NCBI GenBank assembly: GCA_963733035.1 | Contig: CAVTBU010000005.1 | Location: forward strand, 2,784,001 to 2,848,000 | Direction of reading: 5' to 3' | Source of the DNA: Pirellulales bacterium | Lineage (GTDB): Bacteria; Planctomycetota; Planctomycetia; Pirellulales; PALSA-1355 | DNA: 64,000 nucleotides | Part shown: piece after piece, positions 11,852 to 22,433 of the stretch | Numbering within the stretch: the first letter of the stretch is position 1 | Layout: every line of letters starts with the position of its first letter | The notes under the pieces: model-generated | Database searches by the model: none | Seen by the model: the letters and a program-made list of their open reading frames with translations, nothing else | Told to the model about the DNA's origin: nothing | Program-made: the position numbers and the translations under genes

Positions 11852-12072
11852 GGATTTTTTAGAAAAGCCCGCTAAATTTTGTTTCCACCCTTCCATTAAA
11901 GCCAGGCAAACCTTGGCGGGCAATATGAAGGTGGCCAGAAATATTGGCGGACGCTCATACCGAGCCGCGCCCCCCCTCGTCGCGGTGATGCAGCATTCGC
12001 CAATTCGCGATTGGTGGGGAGATTTGCCCGGGGCGGAACTCGCTTTGCCGGATTTGAATACCGCGCATAAGC

Positions 12073-12104
12073 AAGGCCCGCGAAGACGGGGCTGCACGGG
12101 CCTT
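12073..12104 (-). terminator. Hairpin just downstream of tRNA-His
   Basis: AAGGCCCG...CGGGCCTT inverted repeat; weak U-tract. Confidence 0.35.
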
Positions 12105-12114
12105 CCGAGCCGAG

Positions 12115-12189
12115 GGTGGCTAACCGGACTTGAACCGGCGACCTCTAGATCCACAATCTAGCGCTCTAACCAACTGAGCTACAGCCACC
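12115..12189 (-). tRNA. tRNA-His(GUG), CCA not encoded
   Basis: GGTGGCTGTAGCTCAGTTGGTTAGAGCGCTAGATTGTGGATCTAGAGGTCGCCGGTTCAAGTCCGGTTAGCCACC folds as a cloverleaf with GTG anticodon and G-1:C73. Confidence 0.97.
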
Positions 12190-12625
12190 ATGAGCGAGCA
12201 ACACCCATTATCGGGTTTGCCCGGGCAAAAGGAATAGGCCGGCTAGCGGTAACGGAGATAGCGTTGGCCTATATTTGCCCACCGCACCTAAATTACCACC
12301 CGCCTGCCGCGTGGCAAAGGGCTGTTCCCCAGGGCAGCAAATTGCGTCGAGTGGTTCAGCCGTCGCCTGGACGTGGAAGCAGAAGGTGTGTGGCCAGCAA
12401 AACCACGAATCCCAGGTCACGGTATGCAGCAACCCCGGGGATGACGGACGTGTAGAAATCTCGCGTCCAAGCGGCAAATCTGCGGGAAAATTGTCGTTGG
12501 AGTAACGTTCTGGTTTGACTTCAGCCCCGTAACGCCGTGCTAGATTTTCCCTACCGCAGGGGCTAAATTAAACGGTTTCCGGCCGCTTGGGCCGGCACCT
12601 CCGATTGTCGAAAGTGGGATGCCCG

Positions 12626-12973
12626 ATGGCGATCATCAAGTTCGTAAACGAAAAGAAGGAAATCCAGGTGCCCGATGGATCGAACCTCCGCAAGGAGGCC
12701 ATGCGGGCCGGCGTCGGCCTGTACCCTGGCATCAACAAGGTGCTCAACTGCCACGGCTTCGGCCACTGCGGAAGCTGCCGCGTCCTGGTCACCAAGGGCA
12801 TGGAGAACACCGGCGCCATGGGCTTCATGGAGCGGATGCGGCTCAAGTTCTCGATGGCCTATGTCGGCCACGAAGACACCATGCGGCTGGCCTGCCAGAC
12901 CGAGGTCAACGGCGACGTTGAAGTGCAGACGCAGCCTCCCCTGAACTGGTTCGGCGAGAACTTTTTTAGTTAA
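12626..12973 (+). CDS. 2Fe-2S ferredoxin
   Basis: CHGFGHCGSC and RLACQ. Confidence 0.9.
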   Translation: MAIIKFVNEKKEIQVPDGSNLRKEAMRAGVGLYPGINKVLNCHGFGHCGSCRVLVTKGMENTGAMGFMERMRLKFSMAYVGHEDTMRLACQTEVNGDVEVQTQPPLNWFGENFFS

Positions 12974-13132
12974 CACGCTGTGACGACGAAGGTAGCGGGA
13001 TGCGAAAAACCGCTTCCCGTCCTTCGGTCACCGTTCGCATTCTTTGACGAAATGGCGACCCGCTAACACGGAGGATGACGTGCTGGAAGAATAGGCTTTT
13101 CTCCTCCTTCATCCTGCTGGCTTCATCCTTCC

Positions 13133-13444
13133 ATGAAACAGATCATCGCCGTCGTCAAACCGTTCCTCGCCGAGAAGGTGCTCGAAAACCTCAAGCGGGC
13201 TCCGCTCGAAGCGTGCAGCGTCCGCGAGGTCAAAGGCTACGGGCGGCAAAAGAGCTATCTCGATCAGTACGGCGAGTCGGAGTATTCGCTGGCCTTTCTT
13301 CCCAAGGTGGAAATCACGCTCTGGGTCGACGACAGCCGCGCCGAGGAGGTCTACCGCAAGATCGTCGAGGTCGCCCGCACGGGCCGCATGGGCGACGGCA
13401 AGATCTTCGTCCTATCGACCGCCGAAACGGCCATCGACTTTTAG
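13133..13444 (+). CDS. P-II family nitrogen regulator
   Basis: EVKGYGRQK, T-loop Tyr (EYSLAFLPKVEI), TGRMGDGKIFV. Confidence 0.93.
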   Translation: MKQIIAVVKPFLAEKVLENLKRAPLEACSVREVKGYGRQKSYLDQYGESEYSLAFLPKVEITLWVDDSRAEEVYRKIVEVARTGRMGDGKIFVLSTAETAIDF

Positions 13445-13542
13445 GCACTTTGCGCCGCGCGATTGGTTCCGTTTCGCGGTCTCGCAGACGAACGCGCCGC
13501 CGCTGCACGTATTGCGGCGGTCAAATCCGCAACTGCTGAACC

Positions 13543-14160
13543 TCACTTGGGCCGGAATGCCTTCAGTCGGTGGGTCATGCCCAGATCTTCGAGCGGCCGA
13601 TCCTTGAAATGGTCGGCCGTCGCTGACTTCACGCTCTCGTAGTCGAAGTCGTGCATGGCCACGATGCCACCCGGCTTGAGCTTGGGAATATAGTCGCCAA
13701 GATCCGCCAGCGTTCCCTCGTAGCTGTGATCGCCATCGAGAAACAGCAAATCGACGGCCGGCACGTTGTCCTTGACGTCGTGCGCGTTGCCACGGTGGGG
13801 CGTGATCCAGGTCCAAAGTTGTTCGGTGTTCGCGAGGAATTGCGCCCAGGTATCTTGTGCGCGCTCGCCCGGCATGGCGTCGTTCTTCCAGGTATCGACC
13901 GCATGGACCTGACCTTGCCGCAGGCAGGCCGCGGCCGCCAGGAACGATGTGCTCGACCCCACGTAACTGCCAATCTCGCAGGCCACGAATCCTTCTTGCA
14001 GGGTCACCGCCAGGGTGAACAGCTTCATTCGCTCCTCGTAGCTCATGTGCGTGTCGATCATGAACAAGGGTTCGATCAACGGAACGACGTGTCCCTGAAC
14101 GAAGTCGCCGACGAGCAACCGCCGCTGAACCACGCGCACAAACTTGCGGAATTGCGTCAT
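13543..14160 (-). CDS. Class I SAM-dependent methyltransferase (Methyltransf_24-like)
   Basis: EIGSYVGSST, AVDTW, LLFLDGDHSYE, LKPGGIVAMHD. Confidence 0.85.
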   Translation of the reverse strand: MTQFRKFVRVVQRRLLVGDFVQGHVVPLIEPLFMIDTHMSYEERMKLFTLAVTLQEGFVACEIGSYVGSSTSFLAAAACLRQGQVHAVDTWKNDAMPGERAQDTWAQFLANTEQLWTWITPHRGNAHDVKDNVPAVDLLFLDGDHSYEGTLADLGDYIPKLKPGGIVAMHDFDYESVKSATADHFKDRPLEDLGMTHRLKAFRPK

Positions 14161-14432
14161 GTTTGTTCCACCGATAGGTTGAGTCAGGAGAGTCCGTGAT
14201 TCATGTCTCTGAACAAGCCCCGTATAAATCGACCGGAGAGTGCGAGACGGCGGCCGTTGATGTGGGGACGGCTCTTCCGAAACGTGGCTGTTCGATCGTA
14301 GCTGCTTACTGGGTAAACATCAAATGTACCGGGTCAGGCCCCGACAAGACCCGCAATCACTGGCCCGAAACCGACGGTTGCTGTTGCCTGGTCTGGATTC
14401 GCCGGATCGAAGATCCAGGGCTTGCGCCGCCC

Positions 14433-15239
14433 TCAGTCGGCATACGATGAATCGACCGTCAGCACCTTGTGATCGGGGAATAGATCGGTCACGGCCTCTG
14501 AGAACGTTCTCGTTTCCACGTGGCCGTCGAGGTACAGATAGTTTGACACGCTGCCGTGGACGCCATCGGCAATCCAGGGGCCAAAGTTGTCGGTTCCCAG
14601 CCAGATGTCGAAGTCGTCTTGCCGCGGGTCATTGCCCGAGTCGGCGGTAAAGGCCCCGGCATTCCGCTCCGTGAACGAAATGAAGTGCGACGTGCCGACT
14701 TCGACGTCGAACTTCGTCAGCGTCCACAACCCGTAGCGCCGGGTCTTGTGACTCAGCAGTGAGTTCATCAGGTAGCTGGTGCGATTGACGATGCCGTCGA
14801 GTTGCCCACTGGCGTCGAGAAACGCCATCCGCTCCGACAGGTCGGAAGGGCAGCGGTAGATCATGTCGACGACGATGCCCTGCTTGGCGAGCGACTCGTC
14901 GGCCTCGTGTTGCCCGCCGATGAACGGCGTGAGCTTGTCCTCCCAATAGATTTCCGCGAAGGAATCCGACGCCATTTCCTGCGCGGTCACGTCGGCCTGG
15001 TACGGATGGTGCAGGAAGAAATGACTGTGGTTCACGTCGTAGTACTGCATCACGGCCATCGCGATCTGATGCAGGTTCGATTTGCACTGCGTGCTGCGTG
15101 CCGCCTCTCGCGCCGCCTGGATCGCCGGCAGCAGCAGAGCCACCAGCACGCCGATGATCGCAATCACGACCAGCACCTCCAGCAGCGTCAAGGCCGAGCG
15201 AATCTGTTGGTTGAGTCGCAGCCATTGCATCAGTCGCAT
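14433..15239 (-). CDS. DUF1559 prepilin-type protein with H-X9-DG C-terminal motif (start uncertain)
   Basis: [55 protein letters not shown]. Confidence 0.92.
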   Translation of the reverse strand: MRLMQWLRLNQQIRSALTLLEVLVVIAIIGVLVALLLPAIQAAREAARSTQCKSNLHQIAMAVMQYYDVNHSHFFLHHPYQADVTAQEMASDSFAEIYWEDKLTPFIGGQHEADESLAKQGIVVDMIYRCPSDLSERMAFLDASGQLDGIVNRTSYLMNSLLSHKTRRYGLWTLTKFDVEVGTSHFISFTERNAGAFTADSGNDPRQDDFDIWLGTDNFGPWIADGVHGSVSNYLYLDGHVETRTFSEAVTDLFPDHKVLTVDSSYAD

Positions 15240-15555
15240 CTCCAAATGAACATCGTGAGGCGGGCAGGTCCAAGCAGATCGCACCGAACGGGCATCAGGC
15301 GAGAGCCGTGTGAAGCGTCCTCACGATAACTCAAATCGACGATCCCAACCAGCGTCTGCCCACTCGCCGTTTAGCCGGGAGCCAACGGCGACCGCGTTTT
15401 AGGCTCGCTTCACGGATTCCAATTCGTTTGACACTTCCAACGCTTGTTCTTCAGGCTCCGTGTCCAGAATCGCTCGTGTCACTTCCATCAACGTCCATTG
15501 TGCTTCAACTGCGGCCCATCTTTCGTAATATGGACGATACGAAAAATATCAAAGC

Positions 15556-16287
15556 ATGGCAGGTGTCATAGGAAATGCGGCAATGCAAGTAATCGGGGCG
15601 GGGTTCGGACGAACGGGGACGATGTCGATGCAGGCGGCCCTCGAAACGCTCGGCTACCGCTGCTACCACATGAAGGAAGTACCCGAGCAGCCGGGCCACC
15701 TGCGGGCCTGGCACGATCTCGTCGCCGGCCGCGCGGCGATGGATTGGCAGACGCTGTTTCGAGATTTTGAGGCGACCGTCGATTTTCCCGCCTGCGTTTA
15801 CTATCAGGAATTGCTGCGAGAGTTTCCGGAGGCCAAAGTGGTCCTGACCGTGCGCGAGCCAGATCGTTGGTTCGACAGTTTCCTGACGTTGCAACGCACG
15901 ACCGACCGCTTCCGCATCTTCCGTTTCATTCCCAGAGCCCATCGTTTCATCAGCTTCGCCGATTTACTCTTGGGAAAAGTTTTCGACCAGCGTGAGCGCG
16001 ACCGCCAGTACAGCATCGAAGTCTTCAACCGGCACAACCAGCGAGTTAAAGAGCTCGTACCGCCGGATCGACTGCTCGTCTTCCGCGTGCAGCAGGGCTG
16101 GGAACCGCTTTGCCAGTTCCTGGGTTGTCCCGTGCCCGAGGGAACTCCCTTTCCCCACTTGAATGAAGGCAAAGACACGCTCGAAGCCCTCGCCCGCCAG
16201 CGCCTGTTTGGTCCCATTGTCCGCAAGTTGCAAATCGCGGCCGCCGCCGCGCTGCTGGTCGGGCTCATCTGGTGGTGGTTTCGTTGA
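15556..16287 (+). CDS. Sulfotransferase-family P-loop protein (Sulfotransfer_4-like) with C-terminal TM; alternative start 15583
   Basis: VIGAGFGRTGT.S, CYHM, VDFP, GWEPLCQFLG, FPHLN. Confidence 0.85.
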   Translation: MAGVIGNAAMQVIGAGFGRTGTMSMQAALETLGYRCYHMKEVPEQPGHLRAWHDLVAGRAAMDWQTLFRDFEATVDFPACVYYQELLREFPEAKVVLTVREPDRWFDSFLTLQRTTDRFRIFRFIPRAHRFISFADLLLGKVFDQRERDRQYSIEVFNRHNQRVKELVPPDRLLVFRVQQGWEPLCQFLGCPVPEGTPFPHLNEGKDTLEALARQRLFGPIVRKLQIAAAAALLVGLIWWWFR

Positions 16288-16663
16288 TCTGTCGCCGCGT
16301 TTTCCATGAGCGGCACGAAGTGGCGGCGAGCTCGGCGCACTGTTTTCAAATCGCGCTCAGGCGTTAAGCGAACTTCAAGCCCGAGCAAAATCTCGACCAA
16401 CAGACTCGGGAAACTGGCACGCTTAGCTGCTCAAGCACGTTGCGTTTGGGCTTGGCTCGACTTTTTCTGGCGGCTGATGTCGCAGAGCAGGTCGGAATGG
16501 ATGTTCAGACCGATATGCGCGAGGTTGTAAAAATGTTCATTTGCTACGAGCCATACGATTCTCGCAGTGGCTTCGCACGCATGTGAATTCGATCTCTGCA
16601 ATTCATGTCGTGATAGCGAGTTCCGTCGCCATGCCGCGCATGCCTTTGGTGCGTAGGAAGAAG

Positions 16664-16683
16664 CCCTCGCTTTCGCTCGGGTT
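16664..16683. repeat. Solo degenerate REP-like copy
   Basis: CCCTCGCTTTCGC-TCGGGTT versus CCCTCGCTGGCGCGTCGGGTT at 50107-50127; intergenic. Confidence 0.5.
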
Positions 16684-16702
16684 CGTGGGCATGTGGATTC
16701 TA

Positions 16703-17005
16703 TCACCGACTGCATTCCCGCGTTTCACTTGGTTTCTTGAGTTGTTTCTCCAGGTTTTGCCTCGCGATTTCCTTCTCCAAGTAGAACCTGCGCAATTGCT
16801 CGACCAGTTGATGCTGAGCGGCGAGTCCTACCTCTTGGTCCCTGTTCACCTTGGCGCGAAGCCGTGCGGCTTCTGCTTCCAAGCGAACCCGACGCTGGTG
16901 CTCGCGGATGCCAAAGACGCACATCGGCACAAACAGCATTAGCCACAGCAAGCTGGCCAAGCGGAATTGATACCAACGGCGGCGGGGTGCGGTGGGCGGG
17001 CTCAT
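16703..17005 (-). CDS. Small membrane-anchored coiled-coil hypothetical protein
   Basis: RRRWYQFRLASLLWLMLFV N-terminus, a pattern common in planctomycete proteins, followed by a charged helix. Confidence 0.65.
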   Translation of the reverse strand: MSPPTAPRRRWYQFRLASLLWLMLFVPMCVFGIREHQRRVRLEAEAARLRAKVNRDQEVGLAAQHQLVEQLRRFYLEKEIARQNLEKQLKKPSETRECSR

Positions 17006-17088
17006 GCCCGGATTCTACCTTCCCAGTCGAAACCGAGGGCATCCATCTTGCATTTGACGTCCCCTTATCGAGATGCTGCGAACGCGAA

Positions 17089-17290
17089 TTGAAATCGGGC
17101 CGGCACCTCGGCTAACGTAGGCTCGCTGAAGTCTAGACGGAGGGTGCGGTATGAGTGGGCGCTCGTCAATCGAGGCAAAATGCGTGATCTGCATGCGACA
17201 ATTTATCAGGTTTTTCGGCCTCCCATGAAAATGAAAGTTGCGCAAACTTTTTGCTCGCGAAATCGAGCCACTCAAAAATCTTCGGAAAAA
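17089..17290. repeat. 202-bp dispersed intergenic element, copy 1
   Basis: Reverse complement aligns without gaps to 45935-46136; 19 mismatches by manual count. Confidence 0.95.
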
Positions 17291-17398
17291 CGAAGTGGGC
17301 CAGCCGGCGTGTGTTTTCGTGGCGTTTGGCCTGGAGAGTGGGCTTGCGTTTTGTGGCACGTCGACATGCGCCAGTCGCGCGCGATCGCCGCCGCCCGC

Positions 17399-19510
17399 TT
17401 AGCCGATGATCACGCGCGGATGGCGCGAAGGGTCGGGTTCGGACTTGTTGATCAAGTCGCGCACCCGCCACGGGACGTTGCCTTCGCCGAACAGAAAGAA
17501 GCCGAACAGCGCCGCGGTCGCGCTTTCGTCGGACCAGCCGAAATGGATTTCCGGCGGCGTCCCCACGCGCGACAACTCCAATGCAATCGTGGCAATGGCA
17601 TGGGCAATCGAGACGCAGCGCGTGACTCGAATGACGAATCGACCTTCCTCCTGCCGGATTTCCATCACGGGGCTCTGGGCGAATTCGCTGGGATCGCCCA
17701 ACTCGGCTTCGATGAACACAATCGGCACATCGGGACCCAATCGGTGCCGGTGGCGAATACTGGCTTCCTTGTCGTCCAGCCCACGCCGGCCGGGACGATG
17801 CGGCACCAGCACCGGAAACTCCAGGTGTTTGAGGCTATCCCACAGGAAGCGCGAATTGTTATCGGCGAAGTCAAACGCCACGAATCGCAGCTCGGTACTG
17901 CGTTTCAACCGCGAACCGAACGATGCCACGATGATTGCCAGAATAAACCAGCTGGCGATTTTGATACCGTCGGGCCGCTCGTACATGTTGGCCGCCGTGG
18001 TGAAATAAAACACGATGGTGATCAGCAAGAATCCCCACGGCATGCGGCGCAGCCAGATGCCTTCGCGTTGCCGGAACAGATCGATGACCGATGCCGTGCA
18101 GGCGCTGGAAATCAGCACGAGCACGCCGGTGGCGTAAGCCCCACCCTGCTTTTCGACGTCGGCATCGAACACCCAGGTAACGATGAGATTGATGACGGTG
18201 AACAGCGCCACCAGCGGACGCACGGCCCGCGTCCATTCGGGCGCCATACCGTAGCGCGGCAGATATTGCGGCACGATGTTCAACAATCCCGCCATGGCGC
18301 TGAGGCCCGCGAAGCTCAAGATGACGACGGTTGCCAGGTCGTACAGCGTGCCGAACAGGTCGCCGAACAGCGGGTTAATGGGGTGTGGGCTTTGGCCATG
18401 CGCGAGAAAGGCCAGGGCGCGGTCCGCCGCGTTGCCACCGACCTCGACCAGGTCGCGCGGAGCCATGGCGGCGGCCCGTTCGGGCTTGAGCAGCTCATAC
18501 GGAGGAATCAGCGTGGCCGTGACAATGGCCGAGCCGAGCAGATAAACCGACATGATGCCGGCGGCGGTTGCCAGGAGGATCCGTGTGTTGCGAATACGGC
18601 CCTTGGGGTTCTCGGCCGTATCGTCGGGATCGCCCTTGATAAGCGGCATTACGGCCACGCCGGTTTCGAACCCGCTGAGCCCCAGCGCCAGCTTGGGAAA
18701 CAGCAGGATGCTGATGGCGATGATTGCGAACGTGCCATGCCCAGGCACCGGGGTGTGTTCAATGTACCATTGACCATGCGTCAGGTGGTCGAACCAGGTC
18801 GCGAACAGTTCGGTGTGCCGCAGCAGGTAAATCAATCCGCTGCCAATAACGATCATATTCAGAAACAGATAGCCGGCCACGACGACAACCGCCAGTCCGA
18901 TCACTTCCTTGAAGCCACGCATGAACGTGGCGCCCAGGATGATCAGCAGCAGCATGGTCAAGCCCATCCGCTGCCCGTTTTCGCTCAGCTGTTGGATAAA
19001 CGAGGGAGAGTAGTCCCAGAGCGGATTGTGGATCAGGTGCACCGCCGCGTCGGCGGCCGAAAGCGTCTTGGTAATGACAAAGTCGGTAGCCGCGAAACCC
19101 AGCAGGGCCAGTACCATGGTTTTGCCGGTCCAGCCATGCACGAGGCGTTCGAGCATGGCGATCGAACCTTGGCCATTCGACGAGCACTTGGCGACGTGCG
19201 AGTACACTGGCAAGGCGCCAAACAGAGTGACCAGGATCAGCACGACGGTTGCGACCGGAGCCAGCGTGCCGGCGGCTTCGAAGGCGATCGAGGGTTGATA
19301 GCCGAGCGTGCTGAAGTAGTCGACGCCGGTCAGGCACATCACCCACAGCCAGAACGACCGATGGTGCGACGGAACCGGCTCGTTCACCTTCGCGCTGGGC
19401 ATGTGCGAAGGTGCGGACGGGCTTGCCGCCGAATCGGGCGGTCCAACCGGGCCGTTGGCGGCGCTGGATGCGGGAGACTCGCTCGACGGAGTGCGCTGAT
19501 CTGGTTGCAT
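17399..19510 (-). CDS. APC-superfamily transporter (KimA/KUP-like architecture)
   Basis: About 12 TM segments; [27 protein letters not shown]; soluble C-terminal domain. Confidence 0.8.
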   Translation of the reverse strand: MQPDQRTPSSESPASSAANGPVGPPDSAASPSAPSHMPSAKVNEPVPSHHRSFWLWVMCLTGVDYFSTLGYQPSIAFEAAGTLAPVATVVLILVTLFGALPVYSHVAKCSSNGQGSIAMLERLVHGWTGKTMVLALLGFAATDFVITKTLSAADAAVHLIHNPLWDYSPSFIQQLSENGQRMGLTMLLLIILGATFMRGFKEVIGLAVVVVAGYLFLNMIVIGSGLIYLLRHTELFATWFDHLTHGQWYIEHTPVPGHGTFAIIAISILLFPKLALGLSGFETGVAVMPLIKGDPDDTAENPKGRIRNTRILLATAAGIMSVYLLGSAIVTATLIPPYELLKPERAAAMAPRDLVEVGGNAADRALAFLAHGQSPHPINPLFGDLFGTLYDLATVVILSFAGLSAMAGLLNIVPQYLPRYGMAPEWTRAVRPLVALFTVINLIVTWVFDADVEKQGGAYATGVLVLISSACTASVIDLFRQREGIWLRRMPWGFLLITIVFYFTTAANMYERPDGIKIASWFILAIIVASFGSRLKRSTELRFVAFDFADNNSRFLWDSLKHLEFPVLVPHRPGRRGLDDKEASIRHRHRLGPDVPIVFIEAELGDPSEFAQSPVMEIRQEEGRFVIRVTRCVSIAHAIATIALELSRVGTPPEIHFGWSDESATAALFGFFLFGEGNVPWRVRDLINKSEPDPSRHPRVIIG

Positions 19511-19834
19511 GATTTAAATGGGCGTCGCGGAACGCGCGGTCAGGGCCAACATGCCATGTCCGCGGTGACCCCGCTGGCGGTAACGTGCTTAGCAATCCGT
19601 CTGCGACCCCGCGTCACACGCCCACTGACGTCGAGTCAGGTCGAGCCCTATCGTATGAACCGTGCTGCCCGAGTGTCAACCAAGCAGAGGGCTGCAAAGT
19701 CGGGGCCAATTGCGCAAACTTTCGCGGCGCCGGCCGATTGTGGAAAACTTGCCGTTCCTGCGTGCGGCGGGTTATCCTGGACAGCAACGAATCACCGCAT
19801 TCCGACCTTCCCGCCATCCGCGAGACCCGAAGTC

Positions 19835-21130
19835 ATGAATCCTCTTGCCTCGCGCCGTACGTTCCTTAAACAATCGGCCATGACCACCGCCGCCTTGGCC
19901 AGCACGCAACTCGCCTCTGCGGTTCGAGCTGCCGACGACTCGCCGGGCGAAGCCGTGGTGTTGGGCGTAATAGGCGTCAACGGCCGCGGTCGGGCCCTGG
20001 CCGAGAGTTTCTCGACGCTGGGTGGCGCGCGGATCGCCTATATTTGCGACGTCGATCAGCGGGCCGTCGACCGCACCGTGAGTGCTATCGGCGGGAAGCA
20101 ACAACACGCACCCCAGGGCGTGACGGACCTCCGCAAAATCTTCGACGACAACTCGGTGGACGGCGTGGTTATTGCTACGCCCGATCATTGGCATGGTCCG
20201 GCGGCCATCATGGCCTGCGGCGCCCGCAAACACGTCTATGTAGAAAAACCGGCGTGCCACAATCCGCGGGAAGGAGAACTGATGGTCGAAGCGGCACGGA
20301 AGAACAACCGTGTCATGCAACTTGGCACCCAGCGCCGCAGCATGCCAGGAACAATCGAAGCGGTTGAGCGAGTACATGCGGGCGAGATCGGCAAGGTGTT
20401 GTTCTCGCGCGGGTGGTACAATGCCAATCGCAAATCGATCGGACACGGTCATGCAGTACCAGTGCCCGAATGGCTCAACTACGAGCTCTGGCAAGGTCCG
20501 GCGCCGGAGCGTCCGTATCACGATAATGTCGTGCACTACAATTGGCATTGGTTTTGGCATTGGGGAACCGGTGAACTTGGCAACAATGGCATTCACTCGC
20601 TCGATGTTTGCCGTTGGGGCTTGAAGGTCGACTACCCGACACGAGTAACCGCGGGCGGCGGCAAGTATTACTTCGACGACGATCAGGAGACACCCGATAC
20701 GCAGGTCGTCACTTGGGACTTCGGCGACAAGGCAATTACCTGGGAGGGACGTAACTGGCATCGCCACGGCTTCGAGGGATCGACGTTCGGGATCGCCTTC
20801 TACGGCGACAACGGCTCGCTTGTGACCACGGGTCAAGACTACAAGCTCTATGATGCGGGTGGAAAACTTCTGGCGACGCAGACCAAGGGCTTTGACGGCC
20901 ACGATCCGCATCTGAGGAACTTTCTGGCGTGCGTGCGCTCCGGTGACCGTCCCGCCGCGGATATCGAAGAGGGGTACAAGAGCACGTTGCTTTGTCATTT
21001 GGGAAACATCGCCTATCGTAGCGGTCATACGCTGAATTGCGATCCGACGAACGGCCACGTGCAGAATGATTCCTCGGCCGAAGCACTTTGGACTCGCGAG
21101 TATCGTCCTGGCTGGGAGCCGAAGGTGTAG
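19835..21130 (+). CDS. Gfo/Idh/MocA oxidoreductase, Tat-exported
   Basis: SRRTFLK, GVIGVNGRG, ATPDHWH, VYVEKP, GELGNNGIH. Confidence 0.93.
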   Translation: MNPLASRRTFLKQSAMTTAALASTQLASAVRAADDSPGEAVVLGVIGVNGRGRALAESFSTLGGARIAYICDVDQRAVDRTVSAIGGKQQHAPQGVTDLRKIFDDNSVDGVVIATPDHWHGPAAIMACGARKHVYVEKPACHNPREGELMVEAARKNNRVMQLGTQRRSMPGTIEAVERVHAGEIGKVLFSRGWYNANRKSIGHGHAVPVPEWLNYELWQGPAPERPYHDNVVHYNWHWFWHWGTGELGNNGIHSLDVCRWGLKVDYPTRVTAGGGKYYFDDDQETPDTQVVTWDFGDKAITWEGRNWHRHGFEGSTFGIAFYGDNGSLVTTGQDYKLYDAGGKLLATQTKGFDGHDPHLRNFLACVRSGDRPAADIEEGYKSTLLCHLGNIAYRSGHTLNCDPTNGHVQNDSSAEALWTREYRPGWEPKV

Positions 21131-21165
21131 GTTCGGCGATTGCCGGCAGAAAGTACTTCGTCGCA

Positions 21166-21615
21166 ATGAACAAAGCTTTCATTCGCGAACCGGACGATAC
21201 CGGAGAACTTCATTGCCCGGCTTGCGGTTCATTGGGCATCGCCGTGCAACGTGAAACCTGGCAAGTGCACGTGGTAGAAACGTCGGCGGATGCGCTCGCG
21301 GATTCCGCATTCTTCTGTCCGTTTCCGCGTTGCGACATAGCGTACTTCGATATGTTCGAACGACAGGTGCGCATCGAGGCGCTTCGGCACGGAGTCTATC
21401 CCAAGGATTCGCAGGCCCCAATCTGCGCATGCTTTGGACTCAAGGCCGAGGACATCGAAATGGATATTCGCGAAGGGGGCGTGACGCGCGTCCGCGCGCT
21501 GATTGAGAAAGCGAGGGGGGCCGACGCACACTGTCGCACGGCGGCCGCGAATGGCCAGAGTTGTATCGGTGAAGTTCAGCGTTATTTTATGAAGTTGCGA
21601 GGAGGGCAATCGTGA
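21166..21615 (+). CDS. Cys-rich Zn/[2Fe-2S]-binding protein (CopZ N-terminal/BFD-like)
   Basis: CPACG, FCPFPRCDIAYF, ICACFG, HC..ANGQSC. Confidence 0.7.
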   Translation: MNKAFIREPDDTGELHCPACGSLGIAVQRETWQVHVVETSADALADSAFFCPFPRCDIAYFDMFERQVRIEALRHGVYPKDSQAPICACFGLKAEDIEMDIREGGVTRVRALIEKARGADAHCRTAAANGQSCIGEVQRYFMKLRGGQS

Positions 21616-21663
21616 CGAGTATTTGTCGAGCTTTCCCGAGCCTGAACCCTACGCACGCACGGC

Positions 21664-22260
21664 TTACTTGCCGATGCGCGGAATGAACCGTCCCGTAGTC
21701 GCCATGTACCTGCGGTAAGCATCGCCAAAGCGGTCGGTCAGTTTCTGTTCTTCTTTGGGTGTGCGCAATACGAGCAACAGCATCACTAATGACCCGCAAA
21801 CGGCGATCAACCAGTTGGCTGCCAACACCGCGACTCCCAAAATCAACAGCGCCGCGGAAACGTAAAATGGGTGACGCACCCAACGATACGGGCCGCTTGT
21901 TACGAGGGTAGCCGAGTCGCGGATGGAGACCGTGTCAGTCAGATTCGTGCCTAACGTCGTGAGAGTTGCATATAGCAGCAGGACGCCTCCAACGCCGATG
22001 CCAGCTCCCGTCCAACGGAGCAACGGGGCGAGCGACAACGAAAATGGCCCCAGTGCTTCCGGACGAACAAGATACAATAGCGTGCAAGTGCCTAACGCTA
22101 GGCCGGAAAATCGCAGTACGATCGCCAGCAGCAATCCCTCCTCACGGCGATCGAAACGTTCGCCGGAGTGCGCCGCTCGAAGGCGGTGATACGCCGTGAT
22201 CGATATCGCCGCGGCAAATAGCAACAAGACCGCCATTCGGTAGGGAATTTCGGGGCTCAT
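21664..22260 (-). CDS. Isoprenylcysteine carboxyl methyltransferase family membrane protein
   Basis: LVTSGPYRWVRHPFY, EEQKL..FGDAY..Y. Confidence 0.88.
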   Translation of the reverse strand: MSPEIPYRMAVLLLFAAAISITAYHRLRAAHSGERFDRREEGLLLAIVLRFSGLALGTCTLLYLVRPEALGPFSLSLAPLLRWTGAGIGVGGVLLLYATLTTLGTNLTDTVSIRDSATLVTSGPYRWVRHPFYVSAALLILGVAVLAANWLIAVCGSLVMLLLVLRTPKEEQKLTDRFGDAYRRYMATTGRFIPRIGK

Positions 22261-22433
22261 TGCCGACGGCAGGTGTATCGGTACATAGCAAGCGATGGCT
22301 CAGGATAGGCCCGTGGCTGCGGAGCGTCAACGATCTTCGCCTCGGCGACGATTGCACGACCGGCCGCCTCTGACGATAATCCGCCCACGGGTTCGATTCG
22401 TGGCGGTACAACAGGGCTGAAGGGTAGGCGGTC

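Noticed and set aside
11852..12154. N-terminal extension of the peroxidase ORF
   Set aside because: It runs through tRNA-His; the signal peptide follows the ATG at 11851
12115..12189. tRNA-His as an integration site for an island
   Set aside because: No integrase and no duplicated tRNA 3' end seen in the window
15340..15410. Hairpin CGCCGTT..AACGGCG upstream of the DUF1559 gene as a riboswitch
   Set aside because: No match to cobalamin, c-di-GMP, guanidine or other consensus that I can recognise
17144..21130. 1328-aa plus-strand ORF
   Set aside because: The first ~900 codons are mostly the antisense shadow of the transporter, by chance in frame with the Gfo/Idh/MocA gene whose Tat signal starts at 19835
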